The translations under genes were made by a program, and so were the position numbers. The notes under the pieces are model-generated. The model searched no databases. It saw only the letters and a list, made by a program, of their open reading frames with translations, and had not been told where the DNA came from. A stretch of 64,000 nt of DNA, taken from the IMG/VR virus record IMGVR_UViG_3300024259_000012; one strand, written 5' to 3'. Below, piece after piece: positions 59,330-64,000 of the stretch. Each line of letters begins with the position of its first letter. Within the stretch, counting starts at the first letter, position 1. Origin of the DNA: a virus.

Positions 59330-60315
59330 TATCCATTCTCCGCAAAATCTTTGACTTTATTTAACAGGGCTTGCAATTCGTCACCTTCAGCTAAATGTAA
59401 ATCAGACCGGTATGGCACCGCATCATAACTTTCCGTTGTGCGACCTTGACCAATTACATAATAATTCTGACTGAATGGCCCGAATGTATGCATTAAAAGT
59501 CGTTGAAATTCAAACTTGCTAATCATTTCTTCATGAAGTTTTTCACCATCACGTATAGGAATCTTCTTAAATTCAATATCAGGGTTGCCCGAAGCTTCAC
59601 CGATGGCTCGCATCATATCAACTATTTTCACAGCTTTAACCTTCGGGACAACAATATTTCCTTCAGATTTATCTGGATTATCAAGTGACCAATCTATGGT
59701 CGCTATTGCCTCATCCAAAGTTAATAGAAACCGTGTCATCTCCATATCCGTAATTGTAATGTAGTCTTGACCTTCCATAATCAAACGCCTGAACAGTGGT
59801 ATAATTGAACGTGTTGAATTCATGACATTACCATACCTGACAATGTGAACCTTTGTGTCTAATTGTCTTTTTGAAAAGTCAACATAAAGTTGTTCTGAAA
59901 TTGCCTTACACATTCCATATACATTTATTGGATTACATGCCTTGTCTGTGGATACGAACACTAAACGCTGGACTGGATTTGGACTTTCCTCAACCGCATC
60001 AATTACATTTTGATGACCAATAATATTTGTCTTGACCGACTCATATGGGTTTGCTTGGCAAGTCCACACAGTTTTGAGTGCGGCGGCTTGAATAACAATA
60101 TCAGGTTGGAATGATAGCAATGCTCTGTCAATACTTTCACGGTCTTTTACATCACCCAAAATGCATCTGACATCAGGCCATTTCAATTTTAAATCTTCTT
60201 GTTTATGCTCGTCCCTTGAAAAAACGCACACCACATTATCCTCTTTGTATCTTGCAACCAATGCTTGACCCAATGCTCCGGAACCACCAATTATGAGTAT
60301 CCGTTTATCTATCAT
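59329..60315 (-). CDS. FnlA/CapE/PseB-like UDP-GlcNAc 4,6-dehydratase
   Basis: GGSGALG, SRDE.KQ, GDVKD, AAALK, STDKAC.P.N.YG..K, RYGNV, MTRF, GEKLHEE. Confidence 0.9.
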   Translation of the reverse strand: MIDKRILIIGGSGALGQALVARYKEDNVVCVFSRDEHKQEDLKLKWPDVRCILGDVKDRESIDRALLSFQPDIVIQAAALKTVWTCQANPYESVKTNIIGHQNVIDAVEESPNPVQRLVFVSTDKACNPINVYGMCKAISEQLYVDFSKRQLDTKVHIVRYGNVMNSTRSIIPLFRRLIMEGQDYITITDMEMTRFLLTLDEAIATIDWSLDNPDKSEGNIVVPKVKAVKIVDMMRAIGEASGNPDIEFKKIPIRDGEKLHEEMISKFEFQRLLMHTFGPFSQNYYVIGQGRTTESYDAVPYRSDLHLAEGDELQALLNKVKDFAENG

Positions 60316-60326
60316 GTAACCTCCAA

Positions 60327-61235
60327 TTAAATATTTATATAATTTGTTGCTCTCACGTAATTTCCACTTTTCCAAGTGTTCCGCTCAACCTTCTCGGGCG
60401 TCCACAAATGAGCTAACATATACGATGGCGAGTATCTTGCTGTGGCCTCATTCATGCCGGTTTCATTCCCACAATTCATCTTTGCATTTGCCTTCAGATA
60501 CAATTGCTGTCTAAGGTTCAATTTCATATCCTTTACGCTTATGAGATTCTTTAGAAAATCAAACTGCTTCATAACCTGTTCATCTTCACAGTAATATAAC
60601 CAAGTGTCAATGGTGTTGTTCTCTTTCATGAAGTCCAAAAGGGGCTTAGCATGTGATGTCAATTCATAGGTAGATGACAGCATTAAATAACCATATTCCT
60701 TTGCAGGAATCAATTTTGAAAACTCAGCTTCCTCTTCCTCACTAAAATAAATATCAGGTGAAGAGTCCAAACGCTCATCTTTTTTGAAATTCCAGAAAAT
60801 TAACATTTGTTCCAACAATGGAACCTTCCAATCGGTCTCATCATAAATGTGGTAATGGTCGTGAAACACTTCTCCTGCAAATTCATCTACAAATTCATCC
60901 ACATATGGGTTGTTAGCAAATATCAATTCAGGAACTATTGAAGCGTCAAATGTACCATAACCCCAAGTGCCCAAATATTCACCGAACACTTCCTTTAGCA
61001 TTTTACCGGACGGCACAACTACTTTACAATTTGGATACTTTTGTTTAAGCAACCTTGGCATGGCGGATAAAATAACCCAATCACCAATTCCATGTGATGC
61101 TCGCATAACCATAAATTCTTGACGTTCTAAATACTCGGGCGGGATGCCGTAAGCCTCATCTGCAGGCCAACCCAACATTTCAACCTCACCTGCTGAATAA
61201 ACTGTGTTGTCATATATTCTAAAAAATACAGGCAT
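60327..61235 (-). CDS. GT9-like glycosyltransferase
   Basis: HGIGD...PRLLK.KYP...NNPYVDE; G.ETG. Confidence 0.6.
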   Translation of the reverse strand: MPVFFRIYDNTVYSAGEVEMLGWPADEAYGIPPEYLERQEFMVMRASHGIGDWVILSAMPRLLKQKYPNCKVVVPSGKMLKEVFGEYLGTWGYGTFDASIVPELIFANNPYVDEFVDEFAGEVFHDHYHIYDETDWKVPLLEQMLIFWNFKKDERLDSSPDIYFSEEEEAEFSKLIPAKEYGYLMLSSTYELTSHAKPLLDFMKENNTIDTWLYYCEDEQVMKQFDFLKNLISVKDMKLNLRQQLYLKANAKMNCGNETGMNEATARYSPSYMLAHLWTPEKVERNTWKSGNYVRATNYINI

Positions 61236-61417
61236 TTATACCTTCCTTATGAACGTAGCAAGCCTATCATTGCAAGACAATTCAATTGAAGATGTGTTGT
61301 CTTTAATGTAGCGCATGTCTTCGGGTGTTAAAAATGGGGTGTCAATAAACTCCCCACTTATTAGTGATGCAGTTACATAACAGTCTTTACCCTGCAGTAT
61401 TGAATTGTCTCTACCTT

Positions 61418-62992
61418 TTACTGGCATTTGACCAACCATTGCTCATCATTGAACACGTTGAATGGATACCCTTTATGGCTTTCCAACTCAAAGAATTCAT
61501 GGATAGCTTCCCAATCTGAAACATCTCGGGGCGTGTTGTCAATATGCTTGCGTGAAAAATAGAAGCGGGGTTCTAAGAAATTATATCCAAGTGCGTTGCC
61601 GCTGAAATCAGAAATGGCTTCCTCATCGGTCGTGCATCCGAACTGCTTAAATTTATCATAATCCTTTGGAAACACCTCAATACCTCTACCAATTTTAAAT
61701 CCCTCCGGCCCTCGCTTTAATGCTTCTCTCAATTTATCAGTTATGATAATATCCAAGTCATCATTTTTGCGAATACCCATGAGTGCTAAAATACCACTTT
61801 GGCACACGGTGTATTCACTGCGTGGAATTCCAAGTTGGTCAATCTCCTTTAGTCTGTCAACATGAAGTATCGGATTTTCTATTCTGATTTTACCATCCTT
61901 GAATGGCGTGTCATACACATTCTCTCGCTTCATGTAAAATGGAATATATTTCTTACCCTCTGTGAGTCTGCCAATCATTGCACATGCCCTGTGATATCCA
62001 TGCTTGACTATACCATTTTCAAAATCAACCGGATTCTCTTTCAAAAACTGAGCAATCTCTTCGTCTGACATTTCCTCAAGTGATGCGTAATATTCCTCTG
62101 ACATGTTTTCCCAACCATGCTTGTGATGGTCTGCCACATTCTTTCTGAAGCCACCTCGCATAGCATTGTAGTATTGCCAAACCTGCGGGGTCAACATATT
62201 GCCGACTCCCATCTCCCCAGTCCAAAATTTAACCACTTCTTCAACGGTTCCTAAGCGACCTTCGGGGCGTTCATCTTGAGTTATAATCTCTTTCCCACCG
62301 CCACCTTTTGCAAGCTCCATTCCTAAGAAATACTCAAGACTAATTGGCACATATTCATCAGACCCATTGATGGTGTCATAAAATAAATTTTGACTCACTT
62401 GTTTATCAATAGCTTTAATGTGCATCATACACCATTCTTCCTCAGCGGGCAGTCTTCCGATAACCTTCGCTCCGGTAATAAATTCATGCACTTTGTTTTT
62501 CCATTTGATGTGAGGGGCATTGCGATAGATGCGGGCTTGATAGTCGGGGAAATTCACCCAACCACTGTCATTAACTTTCCAACCCCATTTAGTGATGTGT
62601 TCCTGTCTAAGACCATTTACAATATTTATGCGTGGAACCCAAATCATGTCAACTTCCGTATTGCCCGACATAACGCCGTGTAAATTTTCAATCAAATCCG
62701 GTTGGAAATATTCATCAGCGTCCACGTTCACAATATATTCACCGATACACTTAGAATTTGCAAAATTCTTTTGGCTTGCAAAGTCTTTATTTAAGTGACG
62801 TTTGAATATCTGAACCGTGTCCAAGGTTGCATAGTGTTCTAATATATTGAGGGTTTTCTCATCGGTGCTGTAATCATCAACGATAATTATTTCATGTTTA
62901 TACAGCGGGGATGACACAGTTGTAATTTGGTTTAATAATTTTTCAAGTACATTACCTTCGTTATGCACCAATATACTAAATGAAATGTCCAT
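61418..62992 (-). CDS. Multi-domain protein: GT2 plus ParB-like GxHR segment plus nucleotidyltransferase-like domain
   Basis: DDYSTD, DFASQKN, VDADE, PDYQ.RI, VHE; HGYHRA; SGILA..GIR...DLDI. Confidence 0.7.
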   Translation of the reverse strand: MDISFSILVHNEGNVLEKLLNQITTVSSPLYKHEIIIVDDYSTDEKTLNILEHYATLDTVQIFKRHLNKDFASQKNFANSKCIGEYIVNVDADEYFQPDLIENLHGVMSGNTEVDMIWVPRINIVNGLRQEHITKWGWKVNDSGWVNFPDYQARIYRNAPHIKWKNKVHEFITGAKVIGRLPAEEEWCMMHIKAIDKQVSQNLFYDTINGSDEYVPISLEYFLGMELAKGGGGKEIITQDERPEGRLGTVEEVVKFWTGEMGVGNMLTPQVWQYYNAMRGGFRKNVADHHKHGWENMSEEYYASLEEMSDEEIAQFLKENPVDFENGIVKHGYHRACAMIGRLTEGKKYIPFYMKRENVYDTPFKDGKIRIENPILHVDRLKEIDQLGIPRSEYTVCQSGILALMGIRKNDDLDIIITDKLREALKRGPEGFKIGRGIEVFPKDYDKFKQFGCTTDEEAISDFSGNALGYNFLEPRFYFSRKHIDNTPRDVSDWEAIHEFFELESHKGYPFNVFNDEQWLVKCQ

Positions 62993-62995
62993 TTC

Positions 62996-63460
62996 CTAAT
63001 CCTTTATTATTTTTTTACCAACGAAACGTGGTGGATAATCATATGCAACCAAATAGATTGCGTTCATTTTCAATACGTCTGTATCAAATTTTCGGTAGAT
63101 GTCCGTGCCTGCAAGTTTTGGGCTTAACTGTGGGTATGAATTTTTGATATTCCCGATTACGATATGTTGGTATTCTAAATTCTCGTGTTCCGACAGAATC
63201 GTTCCCCTAAAGTGATTCAGCATTCTATTGAGCTTCGGTCCCCGAATCTTCGGCTTACGACTCTCTTCCAACTGCAATGCATGAATTACTTTCATGCGGG
63301 TTCCATCTTTTTTTCGTGTCCATGATAGTGAATCCAATGGATGTGTCAGCACCAATACGGTTCGTATCCTCTTGCGCTTGTCACGACCATACATAAATTG
63401 TATAGTCATTCCTGGCTCAATTTGGTTCATGTTTATTTTAACTCTTTTTTCCCTTGGCAT
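62996..63460 (-). CDS. Hypothetical protein
   Basis: TAATG-coupled ORF. Confidence 0.55.
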   Translation of the reverse strand: MPREKRVKINMNQIEPGMTIQFMYGRDKRKRIRTVLVLTHPLDSLSWTRKKDGTRMKVIHALQLEESRKPKIRGPKLNRMLNHFRGTILSEHENLEYQHIVIGNIKNSYPQLSPKLAGTDIYRKFDTDVLKMNAIYLVAYDYPPRFVGKKIIKD

Positions 63461-63930
63461 TACATATCCTTAGCTATGCCCATATCTCTTAAGGCATCTA
63501 AAAAGTTGAATTGCTCATATACAGCGGCGGATTCCAAGTCCAAAAAGCTGGTGTGGAATTTACCTTCTTCACCCTCTACTGGATATTTCTCTTCATCACC
63601 TTCAGGAACCGGATTTACCTTTGCGTATTTCCAATTCCAACTGTTCATGGCACCCTCGGGAAATATGATTCCCAGTTTTCCCATATTGATAACACTTGGA
63701 TACCAATATATCTCTCGCTCGGAATCAAAAATTTCCAAGTCATTTACTATTTTGGCAGTTGTCTCTTTGTGCTGTGCCAAATGTTTTGAACCGTCAGTGA
63801 AATATGAATTGCTCGTATATCCACAGTTGATACACAAATACGATTTCATGGTATTTCCGTCACCCTCAAGGATGTCCTCAAAACACTTGTCTTGGTTAAA
63901 ACATATCGGGCAGTCTATTACTCTTTCCAT
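63460..63930 (-). CDS. Conserved Zn-binding phage protein
   Basis: CPIC...C...SYLC..CGYTSN...WYPS. Confidence 0.65.
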   Translation of the reverse strand: MERVIDCPICFNQDKCFEDILEGDGNTMKSYLCINCGYTSNSYFTDGSKHLAQHKETTAKIVNDLEIFDSEREIYWYPSVINMGKLGIIFPEGAMNSWNWKYAKVNPVPEGDEEKYPVEGEEGKFHTSFLDLESAAVYEQFNFLDALRDMGIAKDM

Positions 63931-64000
63931 AATTATTCCTTTATTTCTATAAATTGACACCTAAGATGTTCAATTATTTCTTGCTTTCTACGCTTATCCC

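Noticed and set aside
30500-64000. Plus-strand ORFs in the track (e.g. 37040-37570, 45361-46038, 49227-49742, 63341-63952)
   Set aside because: They are antisense shadows of well-supported minus-strand genes, with no RBS or recognisable motifs.

Overview
This is a 64 kb segment of a large lytic dsDNA bacteriophage. It is AT-rich, packed with small ORFs, uses AGGAG ribosome-binding sites, and contains no host housekeeping genes. Layout: (i) 0.1-3.7 kb and 17.4-30.5 kb hold small early-type genes behind a repeated sigma70-like promoter element. (ii) 3.8-17.1 kb is a plus-strand run of accessory genes: GREB1/TAGT-type glycosyltransferase, pilin-like proteins, Lar-like and Zn-ribbon proteins, an HNH-AP2 endonuclease and a tRNA-like ncRNA. 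(iii) 17.2-21 kb is a control/terminus-like region with two iteron-like repeat clusters, a strong excess of GGCGTY and seven alternating promoters. (iv) 20.7-26.0 kb is a tandem array of 27 small Cys-rich 'YKQY' paralogues. (v) 31-64 kb is minus-strand and includes gp30.3/NADAR, an Apyc1-like MBL hydrolase and a ~26 kb glycan-biosynthesis/sulfation island. Main finding: the genome appears to use two genetic codes. At least 12 genes that the code-11 ORF track fragments are intact reading frames with 21 in-frame TGA codons at Trp-like positions, and their regions almost never end genes with TGA. The early-promoter genes use TGA freely as a stop. This is consistent with a temporal switch from code 11 to code 4. 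All family calls are from motif recognition by eye; no database searches were run.
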